DNA of 64,000 bases from Eledone cirrhosa (GCA_964016885.1 OZ024741.1:43524001-43588000), one strand, 5' to 3'. Shown: positions 44,347-57,299, counted from the stretch's first letter. The notes: a model not told the origin generated them from the sequence alone. Made by a program: numbers and translations.

Positions 44347-44845
44347 TGAGGAAATGGAAAATACGGAGAAATAAAAGAAATGAATGTGTGATATATTGTA
44401 CTTAGAGTTAGATTTTAAGAAAGTGTTCCTTGGTGCTAACATGAGAGGCCGTATTTTAGAAGTAGATAAATTTGTTTGGAGGATCCGGTAAAATAGAAAA
44501 CAAAAAAATAGAGATTAATTGATGTATACTATTTATGGGTTGACAGGTCATTTGATAAAGGTTCGTTGTAGATGGTGATTGTTCTATCTTAATGAGGTTG
44601 ATGGAGAGAGGGTGGAATAAGTGTACAGATATTTATGGTCCTGTGATCGGTTGGCAGTATGTAGTCTTGCCTCAAGTGAATTATTTACATATCTATTTGC
44701 TCTGATGTGTTGACAAATGGTAAACAATGTATTGGAGATCGATTACCGCAACGTCAAGCAATTAGCGAACTCTAGACACACCTGATCAACGAAATAATTG
44801 TCAGTACTTTAAATGAAGCCATGTTACTCTTCTTTCTTTAACTTT
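43977..44845. mobile_element. Non-coding element with ~190-bp inverted ends each holding an HHR variant (44034-44133 -, 44698-44806 +)
   Basis: UACU CUGAUGU GUUGA..(long insert)..UCAAC GAAAC AAUU GUC AGUA. Confidence 0.75.
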
Positions 44846-45494
44846 TATTACTCCACGTATTACCTGCTTAGAAATTACCGCGAACTCGCTGCATAACTAT
44901 GGAAACATCTTGTTGAGTCAAACAAAGCCGTACGTTAAAACCATCCCCGACGTAGAGTACTCTACCTGGATTACCTATAACGATAACATGTTATCCCATA
45001 TATATATATATATTGTTATACTTGGGGAGGGTCATATTTGTGTAATAATATTGCCAGAATTAATAACAGAACACACTTACTGTTCGATTGGTTTTCGCTT
45101 CTGTGTCCTTTATATCGGTTAATTTAATGTATTCGGTCCTCAATGTTACCATTGACTGCCAACGGTCAAAAATACAGATACAATATAGACACAAACACAT
45201 ATATATAGTCTAACAAAGTTTTTTCGTTGCACATCTGCAACATCGTCAGTGGTGCTATTATATTTCCTACCGTTGCATTGTATCCCTACGCCATCTTTAT
45301 ATAGTCTGTTTATTTATTTATTTTTTTGTTGTCTTCTCTGCGCATGCGTTTGCGTGTGTGTATAGTGTTTTGTATGATGTCTGTTCGTGTTTGGGTGACT
45401 GGGTATTGGTTATTGTATTCTATCTTAGTTTACTAGTGTGTGTTTATATGTTTGTTGTTATTGTGCTTGTGTATGTATTTATTTATTTATTTAT

Positions 45495-48400
45495 TTATAC
45501 TTCTCTTAGGTCAGTGTTGTTTGTTTGGGTGTTGTTGTTATTCCATTCCTTTTTTCTGTTTAGCCTTGGCCTTTTAAGTTCTATTTCGCTGGCCTCTCTG
45601 ATTTGCCTATCTGCTGGGTCATTTCTATGTTTAGATATTATTCTAATTTCTATATTATCTATGTTACCGTCGTGTTGTTGTCTGGCATGTTCGTATAGTA
45701 CTGAACCGTTTTTTCGTCCTTTTATTTCCCCCTGTGTTGGTCTATCCTTTCACCTATGATACATTTCCTATTAGTACAGTGGGTTTTCTTAAAAAGGTAG
45801 GTTTTGCTGATCAGGGATTTGATGGTGGTTCCTGGCTTTTCTACCACCTTTATTTTTAAGTGGGTCTTTCTCAGAGCCTTTCTACACTGGTTAGCTAATT
45901 TTCCTCCAGGGGTAGCATCCACAAACATGACCCTCTGGTATCTCTGGTTATCGTACCATGATATGGCTTTCCTTTTTCTTATGTCTAGTCCTATGGAAGC
46001 TATTCCATGATTTGCTCCTGTATAATGGGCAAATTCCTTTCATGTCCAGTTTTATGAGGGTCTTATACTTCTCCGTGGTTCCTTCATATACTTTGATTCT
46101 GTCTCTTTGGTTGTAGCCAGAGAACTGCATGCGGTTGATGAAGTTTTGGATGTGCCTTTCCATTTCTGTTGGGTCGCACATGCGGGACACATTCTTCACC
46201 ACTCGTACCAAGTCTGCGATCAGAATATTAAACTTAGCACTACTAGACATTGCTGAGTTTTTGAGTATCAGGTATTTGGAGCCATGGGTTTAGCATAGTG
46301 TGGGTGGATAATTTGGGCTCTCTCGTCTATAGTGTTAATCCAGAATTCCGTGTCTAATACAGGTAGTCTATTGTTAGAGTGTTTGGAAGGGCAGTCGATA
46401 GTTACAGTTACACTCTGGTGTATGGAATTAGCTATCTGCTGGATGCTTTCCATTGTGCTACGTTCTAAATCAAACTTGTTAGTGCTCTCTTGTGGGATGT
46501 CCTTATTACTATATTGATGTCGTCTACGTAACGACAGTACATGATGTGGTCTATGGAGATCTCATCAAGATCTTTGAGTCGCTTTTCCCAACATACCATA
46601 AAAAGGTTGGCAGCGTCACCAGCTATGCTTACGCCAATGGCTGCTCCCTCATTTTGGGTGTAGATCTTCTCGTTGAACTTGAATATGTGGCTCTTTAGGG
46701 TAGTTTTTATACTAGCCCCTATTGCATGTGCGACCATTTTTCTTACCGGATCATTGTTTTGGGGGGTTCCTTATAGTTTTGGTCCACCCAATCCACCTTC
46801 CCATGGGAGTCTTTTTTGCCATTGAGGTTATGGTGGTGGGTCTACCTCTTATGGGTCTACTGGGGAAGAAACGTCTAAGGTCGTGGCTGTCTAGGTAGTC
46901 AGTGTCGTAGGTAAGTCTAAGTAGGAGGCCCAGTTTGTCTGTGTCGACGTCGCAGAACTCCACCTCACTCTCAATGATCATCTCCACACATTTTTCCACA
47001 GCAAAATCAATGTTAATGGATGGGTACAGTGATACCACATCCATACTGCCTATTATGCAGTTGGATAGGTTCCTGTTTTTGTTGCACTCACTGATTCTGC
47101 TGAGGAGGTCCTCTGTACTGTCACATACATCTGGGGACATCTTCATTATGGGGCGTATAACCATTGAGAGGAAGTAGGAGATCCTGTAGTTGCTAGCTAT
47201 ATTTGCTCCGCATACAGGTCTTGTTGGTTGCCCTGTTGTCGGGTCGTAGACTGTCTTGTGGCCTTTGCGGAGCCCATACAAGGGTGGTATGCCATTGTTA
47301 GACGCCTGGAGGTTGTTGGCAGTGCGTCTGGTTGGCTTTAGGATGTCGGTCCACATCATCATATGAGCGTTGAGGGTTTTCTCTCTCCCATCATGTATTT
47401 GCTTTACAATTCGCTCGTGTTGGTGATGTGGGGTTGCATAGCCTTCATGTATTTCGGCATGCTGTCTATTGACATCCTTCCAGACTTATCCGCGGTTAGA
47501 CATACTACCTCACCATCCCTTGTGCGCTGCTTGAGGCTAACCAAGCCTTCTACAGGTTTCCTCCCAAGTTGTTGGACCTCTGGTGTGCTCTGTTTCTTAG
47601 TATACCGGTCTATATTTGTCTAATCTTATTTCTAGCTATGGTGAACTGTGCCTCTGTCTCGTCATCTATTTGTTGTGGTATGCAAACCCCTTTTATTAAA
47701 AGGTAACCTCGTAGGATAGATATTACCCATCTTATATGTTTTGTCAGCTGGGTTGAAGAATAGTTTCTCTAAGGGATTGTCATTATATCTATCGTCATAG
47801 TTGTGTGTGTTGTTATTATTGTTATTATGGTAGTTGTTGTTCCACCTATCATTAGCATTATTATTATTGATATGATTGCGAGATGTAATGTTGCTGTGAT
47901 TGTTAGATGTGTTGTTGTTGTTTTCTCCACCGTTATTGTTGTTGTTACTGCTATTTCTACCATTGTGGTTGTTACTTTTATTATGTTTCTTGTTTTTGTT
48001 GTTGTTGTGTCTATCATTAATGTTGCTACATATATTATTTCTGTTATTACCACTATGGTTGTTGTTGTTGTTACTCTTACTGTTACCGTTATTACTACTG
48101 TGGTCGCTGCTGCTGTGTATGTAGTTAATATTTCTATTATCATTATTATTCTGGTTGTTGTTGTTGTTCTGTCTATCGTTAGTATTATTACCATTATTAC
48201 TATTTCTCACTCTCCTGCTATTGTTATTGTTATGACTATTACTATTATAGCTGTTATGTCTATACTCAGAGTTATTGTTTATATTACTACTATCGTTATT
48301 AGTGTTGCTGTTGTCCGTATATTTGTTGTTGTTGTTTACTTTTGCATTCCAACGTATTTTTGTGAAACACTTTTCCAGCTCCGTTTTGCACTCGATAGGG

Positions 48401-49076
48401 TTAATCTTTTTGTAGATGGCAAATCTCGGTGGTAGCTGCAGGATTTGTTGTTATTGTTCACTGATTAAAGTGTTCCCATAAATATTTACTGTGTGGTCAT
48501 TGGTAAATACTCCGATAGTTCTACATCAGTCATACGGATATTGTTGATGTTATCTGGGTATTTTGGGGAATATTCTATTTTTCTTTCTTCTAGTTTTTTC
48601 TTATTCATACATTCTAATTTCTTATTGAAATGCCTATTGCATTCGTTTCTGGCGTATTTCGTTTCACGTCGAATGATGCTCATGAAGTCATCCCTCTCGT
48701 TTGGTGTGGTGAGATTTCGGACTTCCTTACCGTTAATGCGTTTCTGTCTGTAAAGTTCGTTAACTTTTGTGTATGTTGTTCTTTTCATATGAACTGTTAT
48801 TGTCTGTTTTAGTCGTCCAGCTTCTGTTTTGTTCAATAATAAATTATTTACTTGTTTTGATATGTTTGTTGTGTATATTTTGAAGGAAACACAGTGTTTT
48901 AAGAAGCGGATTTGTTCTGTTGTTATTGTTGTTTTTATATAACAGAATACAGTGTCTTTCAATAACCTTTCAGCTTGGCACCAGCTAATGCCATAACGGC
49001 GATGAATTAGTTTTGCGAGGTTTTTAATATGAAATCGTGTGTCGAAACAAATATTGTTATACTTGGGGAGGGTCAT
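45495..49076 (-). pseudogene. PLE polyprotein (N-terminal domain, Asn-rich tract, RT, GIY-YIG with internal deletion), multiple frameshifts
   Basis: ADKSG, PPLYGLRK, PTRPVCGA, SMDVVSLYPSI, YTQNEGAAIG, CRYVDDI, LPVLD; the YIGET segment is deleted relative to 4138-4692. Confidence 0.92.
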
Positions 49077-49251
49077 ATTTGTGTAATATTGCCAGAATTA
49101 ATAACAGAACACACTCACTGTTTGGTTGGTTTTCGCTTTTCGCTTCTGTGTATTTTATATCGGTTAATTCAATTTATTCGGTCCTCAATCTTACCATTGA
49201 CTGACCAACGGTCAAAAATACAGATACAATATAGACACAAACACATGTATA

Positions 49252-49305
49252 TAGCCTAACAAAGTTCTTTCGTTGCACATCTGCAACATCGTCAGTGGTG
49301 TTATT
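49252..49305 (-). ncRNA. Hammerhead-like motif in PLE pLTR (also ~4952-4995 +, ~45208-45258 -, ~50508-50553 +)
   Basis: CUGACGA U GUUGC AGAUGU GCAAC GAAAG AA CUU; stem I pairs poorly and two copies have lost GAAA. Confidence 0.55.
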
Positions 49306-50824
49306 ATGTTTCCTCCCGTTGCATTGTATGCCTACGCTATCTTTATTTAGTCTGTTTATTTATTTATTTATTTGTTTATTTTTTCCCCTTCTCTGCGCAT
49401 GCGTTTGCGTGTGTGTATAGTGTTTTGTATGATGTGTGTTCGTGTTAGGTCAGTGTTGTTTGTTTGGGTGTTGTTTTTATTCCATTCATTTTTTCTGTTT
49501 AGCCTAAACAGTTCTATTTCGCTGGCCTCTCGGATTTGCCTATCTGCTGCGTTACTTCTATGTTTAGATATTATTCTAATTTCTATGTTGTCTATGTTAC
49601 TGTCGTTTTGTTGTCTGGCATGTTCGTATAGTACTGAACGGTTTTTTCGTCCTTTTAGTCCCCCCCCCCCAGTGTTGGTCTAACCTTTCACCTATGCTAC
49701 GAGCTGTCTCGCCTATGTATGTTGTTGTCATGTTTCTGCAAGTACCCTCTCTACACCTTATTCTATAGACTACGTTTCTAGTTTTACAGTTTATCCGGGG
49801 GTTTACTTTGCATATGATACATTTCCTATTAATACAGTGGATTTTCTTAAAAGGGAAAGAAACCCACTGTACTAATAGGAAATGTATCATATGTAAAGTA
49901 AAGTGTAAAATAGAAACGTAGTCTATAGCATAAGATGTACAGAGGGTACTTGCAGAAGCATGACAACAACATACATAGGCGAGACAGCTCGTAGCATAGG
50001 CGAAAGGATAGACCAACACTGAGGGGAACTAAAAGGACGAAAAACGGTTCAGTACTATACGAACATGTCAGACAACAACATGACGGTAACATAGACAACA
50101 TAGAAATTAGAATAATATCTAAACATAGAATTGACCCAGCAGATAGGCAAATCAGAGAGGCCAGCGAAATAGAACTTAGAAGGCCAATGCTAAACAGAAA
50201 AAGGAATGGAATAACAACAACACCCAAACAAACAACACTGACCTAAGAGAAGTATAAATAAATAAATAAATAAATACATACACAAGCACAATAACAACAA
50301 ACACATATAAACACACACTAGTAACCTAAGATTGAATACCATAACCAATACACAATCACCCAAACACGAACACACATCAATCAAAACATTATACACACAC
50401 GCAAACGCATGTGCAGAGAAGACAAAAAAACAAAACAAATAAATAAATAAATAAACAGACTAAATAAAGATGGCGTAGGCATACAATGCAAGGGGAGGAA
50501 ACATAATAGCACCACTGGCGATGTTGCAGATGTGCAAATAAAGAACTTTGTTAGACTATATATATGTGTTTGTGTCTATATTGTATCTGTATTTTTGACC
50601 GTTGGTCAGTCAATGGTAACATTGAGACCGAATAAATTAAATTAACCGATATAAAGGACACATAAGCGAAAACCAACCAAACAGTGAGTGTGTTCTGTTA
50701 TTAATTCTGGCAATATTATTACACAAATATGTCCCTCCCCAAGTATAACAATATTTGTTTCGACACACGATTTCATATCAAAAACCTCGCAAAACTAATT
50801 CATCGCCGTTATATATATATATCT

Positions 50825-51005
50825 ATCTATCTAAGGCGGGTAAAATTCCTGAGATCCATGGACGGGTTCTCTCCAGCGGTCTCTGTCCCTCATTATCGCT
50901 GCCATATCCTGCATCTCCAACAGACCAGTGTCTGTCCTTAGGGCATCAACATATGTTAACCTTGGTCTTCCTCTTCTAGTGTGTCCATGTAGGGGCTCCC
51001 AATAT
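50825..51005 (-). mobile_element. RTE-clade LINE 3' end
   Basis: WEPLHGHTRRGRPRLTYVDAL..MRDRDRWR followed by a short-repeat tail. Confidence 0.75.
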
Positions 51006-51120
51006 GTATAGCTAAAGTATATATATATAGATAAAATATATATATATATAGATATGACTGCCAATACTGGAATTTAAATATCAAGACCGTAGAGGTATGT
51101 CATATATCAAATGATATATT

Positions 51121-51180
51121 TTATCTGACGAGGACCTACTGGAAAAAAAAAACACACTACCTTCGAAATATATGTAATAA
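51121..51180 (+). ncRNA. Minimal type I hammerhead ribozyme (GUA site)
   Basis: UUAU CUGACGA GGA..UUC GAAAU AUAU GUA AUAA. Confidence 0.7.
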
Positions 51181-51250
51181 CGTATATATTTTGATTATGT
51201 GAATATCTTCATTTGTTAATATTTTGAATAATATATATATATATATACGA

Positions 51251-51339
<89 letters not shown>

Positions 51340-51439
51340 CAGGCAGTGCAACTTGGAGTTACTGTAGGTTCACCCGGGTGAGCACTCGAAGTTTAGGTTC
51401 ACTTCTGTCTCGAGGTGTAGAGCTAGACAGAGTGTATTA

Positions 51440-51694
51440 TAGTAAAATTTAAAAAAAACAAGGACTATTGGTTACTCCTTCATTATGTTTATTGTTTGTT
51501 GACGCGCGTTTCGCCATTGATTAGCTCAAGGTTCGATCTGTATCGATCTAGCCCCACTCTGTAATTCGGATTACAGAGTCGGGCTAGATCGATACAGATC
51601 GAACCTTGAGCTGATCAGTGTCGAAACGTGCGTCAGCAACCAATAAACGTAATGAAGGAGTAACCAATCGTCCTTGTTATATTTTATTTTACTA
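51440..51694. repeat. ~255-bp imperfect palindrome carrying an HHR 3' half on each strand
   Basis: Centre TCGG at 51566-51569; GAAACGTGCGTC at 51623 (+) and GAAACGCGCGTC at 51501-51512 (-). Confidence 0.85.
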
Positions 51695-52087
51695 CATATA
51701 TATATATATGAATTTATATATATATATACACAGTTCAAGAGTAAACCAATCTTAAAGAGAGAGATGGAGATAGGAGAGGAGAGGAGAGATTGGTGAATTT
51801 GCTAGAAGCCAAATGCGTAAAGGCATGTGCTCAATGTGCAATATGCAGTGGAAAGCAGCTAGAAGGGTGGGTTCATACAGAGATTAGGTGCACAGAGATG
51901 GAAATATTTATTAGTTAAGCAAAACAAAACCACAACTTTCACAAGGAAGACGTTATTATTATCCTTATTATTCCTTACATTAAAGTATAATTACACTCCT
52001 TATTCCTTAAATGAAACTGCAACTATGTCGAAACTCATTAAATAACGTCTTCATTGTGAAATTTGTGGTCTTGCTTTGCTTAACTAA

Positions 52088-52138
<51 letters not shown>

Positions 52139-52143
<5 letters not shown>

Positions 52144-52715
52144 ATGTTGAAAAGGTAACACATTAGAGGGAGATAGTGCGCCATCAATAATATAGGGAAA
52201 AACCACCAGTGTATGGAATCTATAACCTATGAAATATAAATTAAAATGTATATACGTACCTCTATAACTATATAACACACACGTACAAATCCAAAGCGAT
52301 CTGGTTGAGCACACTTCTCTGAGTGGTTTTGGGCTGCCTTTTCTAGCAGCTCGTCCCTCAGACACCACTGGTTCACTGCCCTAAACACACTGTGACATCT
52401 CTCTCCCACGTGTAGCTGGACGGTTGCTTTAAATTCTCTTCGCGTTTTCTGAAATGAGAGCTTGCACACGCTGATGAACCATGGGCTATTCCATTTCAGT
52501 CAACAACTTCTTGGCGAAACAGATCTCTTTGGATTTGTACGTGTGTGTTATATTGTGATAGAGGTACGTATATACATTTTAATTTATATTTTTAATTATT
52601 GTGAGTCTACCCTGCCTTTCATAGGTTATAGATTCCATACACTGGTGGTTTTTCCCTGTTTTATTGATGGCGCACTATCTCTTTCTAGTATGTTACCTTT
52701 TCAACGTATTGTATT
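52139..52715 (+). mobile_element. Non-coding HHR element with an inverted copy of its 3' part (52139-52310 vs 52515-52715)
   Basis: Reverse-complement match; (TA)n on the left. Confidence 0.8.
52464..52546 (+). ncRNA. Type I hammerhead ribozyme with stable stems I and III (GUA site)
   Basis: GCACACG CUGAUGA ACCA..UGGC GAAACAGAUCU cuuu GGAUUUGUA CGUGUGU. Confidence 0.88.
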
Positions 52716-53861
52716 TTAAAGAGCTCAGGATTGATTTACCTTTGAGCATATTAGTGACACCGAATAGCGAGGGTCTATGGCTGCGTTAATTTATCGGTAT
52801 ATATATATATATATATAGTGTGTGCCAGGGCCTATTGCAGTTATGGTTTAGGTTGAGTGTTCAGATAACTGTTTTTTTCTCTGGAATTGCTTCTGTGTAG
52901 GCCGTGATTGTAGTATTGTGCTGCGTTATTGATTATTTCCTCTTCAGTAAAAAAATTTAAAGATTCTCATGGAGATTTGTATAGTTAAATTATTAGTATT
53001 ACTAGCAGAAAAACCACCTTTCAGGTGGTTTTCTGCTAGCATGTGTAGTGTGTATATGGATATTTTACGCAAGTATATATACATGTAGATATGATACATC
53101 AAATAAAATCGTAATTGACAATATATTATACATAGACATTAAACGAAGATTGCGTTACACTGACTTATGTAATCAGTAACGTAATCCATGATACATTAAA
53201 ACAGACGATATTATAAATAAACTGCATTAGGAGAAAATTAGTGACAGAAAATTAGTATGTTTATTTAAGCGATGGCCAACCGGAAGTGTTGAACCTCTCA
53301 GAAATCTACATTACGTGTACACATGTCTGTAGAAGGTATAGTAAATTTTCCGTTATTTTCCTTTGTGCTTCCTTTGTTTGAACAACTGGATCACTTATTG
53401 TCGGAAACGGTTGAAGTGCATTAACCAGAACAGAAAAAAATAGTAGAGTCAGTTAGTTGGAATTCCAGCACCTCTATGGTTTGCGTTACAACATTAAATA
53501 CGGCAATATATATCATTGAACGTGGAGAAAATTAGCCTTCCTAAATATCAAAAGTATCATATATCTAAAAATAACATTAGTAGGCAAGAAAAAAAAACAT
53601 TAGGCGCTTTAAACAAACTATCAAAACCAAAACAAACATATACAAGTAGAGATTAATTTTTCTTTCAGAATATTTTTGGCAAGGTGGTGTAAGCTAGAGA
53701 AAAATGTCAACATTTGCAGAATTTTTGTCACTGTGAATTACTCAACTCAGCGTAATGAAGTGGTAATTATCTCAGTTTGAATACAAGAACTCAAACATTG
53801 ATTTAATTTACAGTTATCAATATAAACACAGCAGCATTTCGATCTCATTTTAAATGTTAAT

Positions 53862-53931
53862 AGAAAAGAAAAGAAAAGAAAAGAAAAGAAAAGAAAAGAA
53901 AAGAAAAGAAAAGAAAAGAAAAGAAAAGAAA
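53862..53931. repeat. (GAAAA)n microsatellite
   Basis: Direct sequence. Confidence 0.95.
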
Positions 53932-54663
53932 ATCAATTTTCCCACGAATGAAGAGAAGAATGTGCATCGTGGACAGTTTATTTTATTAGAATTTGAAATA
54001 AGATTTAGAATATTTCGAGGGCATGTCTGCAAGAATGGTCAATTAATCCGTATTTATTAAGTGTATTTATTTTCAGAACCATGGCTACATGACATGATGA
54101 TTTTGTTGACCAAGTAACATTTTGACGTGGTTTTCGTTTATAAGATTAAATCAAGTATTAAGTGAAATGGAGAAACCAATTGTTAAGTACTTGAATAAAG
54201 AAAACAGAACAACAATAAACAGCTATAAATAAGAATCAGTTTATCGAAGAAAATAAGAAATAATAATGGGCAACAATCTAAATTGTTAAATACAGATTTT
54301 AATGAACTATAGTATGTAAAGGAAAAAAAGGCGATCAATGAGAATATTGGACATTTTAGATAAAATACTTCCTCTTCCTCTTTCATAATCATGATTGCTG
54401 ATAGTTCTGATGTTAATAGCAAAGTAGAGGATGTGACATTCATACTTTGCAGCATGAAGCATATTAGAGATTTTATATTTTCGAAACGTAAATTGATCGA
54501 ACATCTGCTAATTGGAGCTAACTTGTAGTTTAGGCGCAACCTTTTGAGTCAGCTAAATGGCATCCATATTGTTTTACAACTTACAAGAAATAGCAGCAAA
54601 ACACTCTTTGGATAGTTCTTCGTAAAACATCCATTTGCTCTCACATGTCCATATGTATTAAGC

Positions 54664-54692
<29 letters not shown>

Positions 54693-54696
<4 letters not shown>

Positions 54697-56581
54697 TAAT
54701 TTAATATATCAACTAACATAGGCGCACAGATGCACGTCCATGCCAGCAAATACACAGGTTATGTCATAGTACCTAGGTGGTTCAATGCAGGAGGGTGCAG
54801 AACAATAATATAAAAGACGTAAGATTAGAAAATATTTTTTAAAGAATTTTTTAAACTTTTTTTACTTACTTACTTAAATTTTCACTCCAACTAATTAGTT
54901 TCTGCAATGGGATAAAGACAGTTACGTAATCCAACTGTCGAGAATTCATTGCGTCATCAGGGAGTCTATTCTCAGCTGAGTCTCCAGGCAATGCGCGGAC
55001 ACTGGCGGCTCATATAAAAATAATAATAATTCGGTAGAAAGAACAGCTGGCGAGGACTGGATTCCATGTACTGAAATTCTCACTGCTTCTAGTCAAATGG
55101 CCGATTCTAAAGAATCAATCACGTGACACAGAGGCTAGTTAGAAGGAATGGGATGGTAAGATGACTGACGCCTACTAACACCCCAAACAAAATTTAGAAG
55201 TGGTTTTGGCAGGTTTGCTCGACAAATCAGTGATTTGGAGATAAATATAGATAATTTAATATATCAACTAACATAGGCGCACAGATGCTCGTCCATGCCA
55301 GCAAATACACAGGTTATGTCATAGTACCTAGGTGGTTCAATGCAGGAGGGTGCAGAACAATAATATAAAAGACGTAAGATAAGAAAATATTTTTAAAAAA
55401 ATTTTTTAAAAATCTTTTACATACTTACTTAAATTTTCACTCCAACTAATTAGTTTCTGCAATGGGATAAAGACAGTTACGTAATCCAACTGTCGAGAAT
55501 TCATTGCGTCATCAGGGAGTCTATTCTCAGCTGAGTCTCCAGGCAATGCGCGGACACTGGCGGCTCATATAAAAATAATAATAATTCGGTAGAAAGAACA
55601 GCTGGCGAGGACTGGATTCCATGTACTGAAATTCTCACTGCTTCTAGTCAAATGGCCGATTCTAAAGAATCAATCACGTGACACAGAGGCTAGTTAGAAG
55701 GAATGGGATGGTAAGATGACTGACGCAAACTAACAACCCAAACAAAATTTAGAAGTGGTTTTGGCAGGTTTGCTCGACAAATCAGTGATTTGGAGATAAA
55801 TATAGATAATTTAATATATCAACTAACATAGGCGCACAGATGCACGTCCATGCCAGCAAATACACAGGTTATGTCATAGTACCTAGGTGGTTCAATGCAG
55901 GAGGGTGCAGAACAATAATATAAAAGACGTAAGATAAGAAAATATTTTTTAAAAAATTAAAAAAAAATTTTTTACTTACTTACTTAAATTTTCACTCCAA
56001 CTAATTAGTTTCTGCAATGGGATAAAGACAGTTACGTAATCCAACTGTCGAGAATTCATTGCGTCATCAGGGAGTCTATTCTCAGCTGAGTCTCCAGGCA
56101 ATGCGCGGACACTGGCGGCTCATATATGTTAGTTGATATATTAAATTATCTATATTTATCTCCAAATCACTGATTTGTCGAGCAAACCTGCCAAAACCAC
56201 TACTAAATTTTTTTGGGGTGTTAGTAGGCGTCAGTCATCTTACCATCCCATTCCTTCTAACTAGCTTCTGTGTCACGTGATTGATTCTTTAGAATCGGCC
56301 ATTTGACTAGAAGCAGAGAGAATTTCAGTACATGGAATCCAGTCCTCGCCAGCTGTTCTTTCTACCGAATTATTATTATTTTTATATGAGCCGCCAGTGT
56401 CCGCGCATTGCCTGGAGACTCAGCTGAGAATAGACTCCCTGATGACGCAATGAATTCTCGACAGTTGGATTACGTAACTGTCTTTATCCCATTGCAGAAA
56501 CTAATTAGTTGGAGTGAAAATTTAAGTAAGTAAGTAAAAAATTTTTTAAATATTTTTTAAAAAATATTTTCTTATCTTACG

Positions 56582-56588
<7 letters not shown>
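54693..56588. mobile_element. Non-coding HHR-bearing tandem array (retrozyme-like), 555-nt monomer; ~2.6 copies on minus plus an inverted ~0.8 copy (56126-56588)
   Basis: HHRs at 54884-54965, 55439-55520, 55994-56075 (-) and 56434-56515 (+); (TA)n on both sides; distant relative of 5175-6535. Confidence 0.9.
56434..56515 (+). ncRNA. Type I hammerhead ribozyme with extended stem II
   Basis: ACUCC CUGAUGA C GCAAUG..GACAGUU/AACUGUC..CAUUGC A GAAAC UAAUUA GUU GGAGU. Confidence 0.85.
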
Positions 56589-56661
<73 letters not shown>

Positions 56662-56839
56662 GATGCCTGCTTCCTCGTTATCGAGTATGGCCATTGCACG
56701 ATATACCATTATTGATAATTATTAATTAATTCTATCGTGCAATGCCTGTACTTGAAGATGTTTTTTAAGGTGAGGAAAAACTGTGCACTGAGCCAATCCC
56801 ACTCTCTGAGCGACAGTAGCTATAACCCTAAAAGAAGAA

Positions 56840-57170
56840 AAGATCGACATCATCGTTAACTACTCAGCCGCAGGTTTTATATCGGAGCTATCCCATGTTT
56901 CGCATCGACAACAAAGATCACATACCGCAATAACCTTTGGTTCAAAGGTCCCAAACGTTTTAGTAAACTACCAAAAAATTGAGAGATCTACATACTGTGA
57001 ATATAAATGTTTTCAAGAAACAACTTCTGCTAAACAATATCACGGATATTAGAGTGACAGTAACAATGTCTTTTTGCATCAATGCCAACCAATGAGTGCT
57101 GGTTGTAGAAAGTCTAGCTTCAATGGCGGGCTCCAGCATTGTCTAAGCCAATCGGTTGGAACGGGTAATA
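56840..57170 (+). mobile_element. Degenerate CR1-like LINE 3' end
   Basis: GGTTCAAAGGTCCC and TTCAAGAAACA resemble 34400-34640. Confidence 0.55.
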
Positions 57171-57234
57171 AACTAGTATATATATATATATATGTGTGTC
57201 TGTATGTGTGTGTGTGTGTATGTATGTATGTGAG

Positions 57235-57299
<65 letters not shown>

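Larger units (their letters stand above)
45010..50810 (-). mobile_element. Near full-length Penelope-like element: 3' pLTR (~45010-45500), ORF, upstream partial tandem copy (49077-49850) and inverted copy (49855-50810)
   Basis: Direct and inverted repeats of the 3' end and pLTR; RT and GIY-YIG motifs; typical PLE layout. Confidence 0.93.

Noticed and set aside
53050-54600. Host gene exons in unique AT-rich sequence
   Set aside because: No recognisable domain or convincing splice-flanked ORF; small exons cannot be excluded without RNA data.
54693-56125. CRISPR-like array
   Set aside because: Whole 555-bp units repeat with no unique spacers; eukaryotic context, no cas genes.
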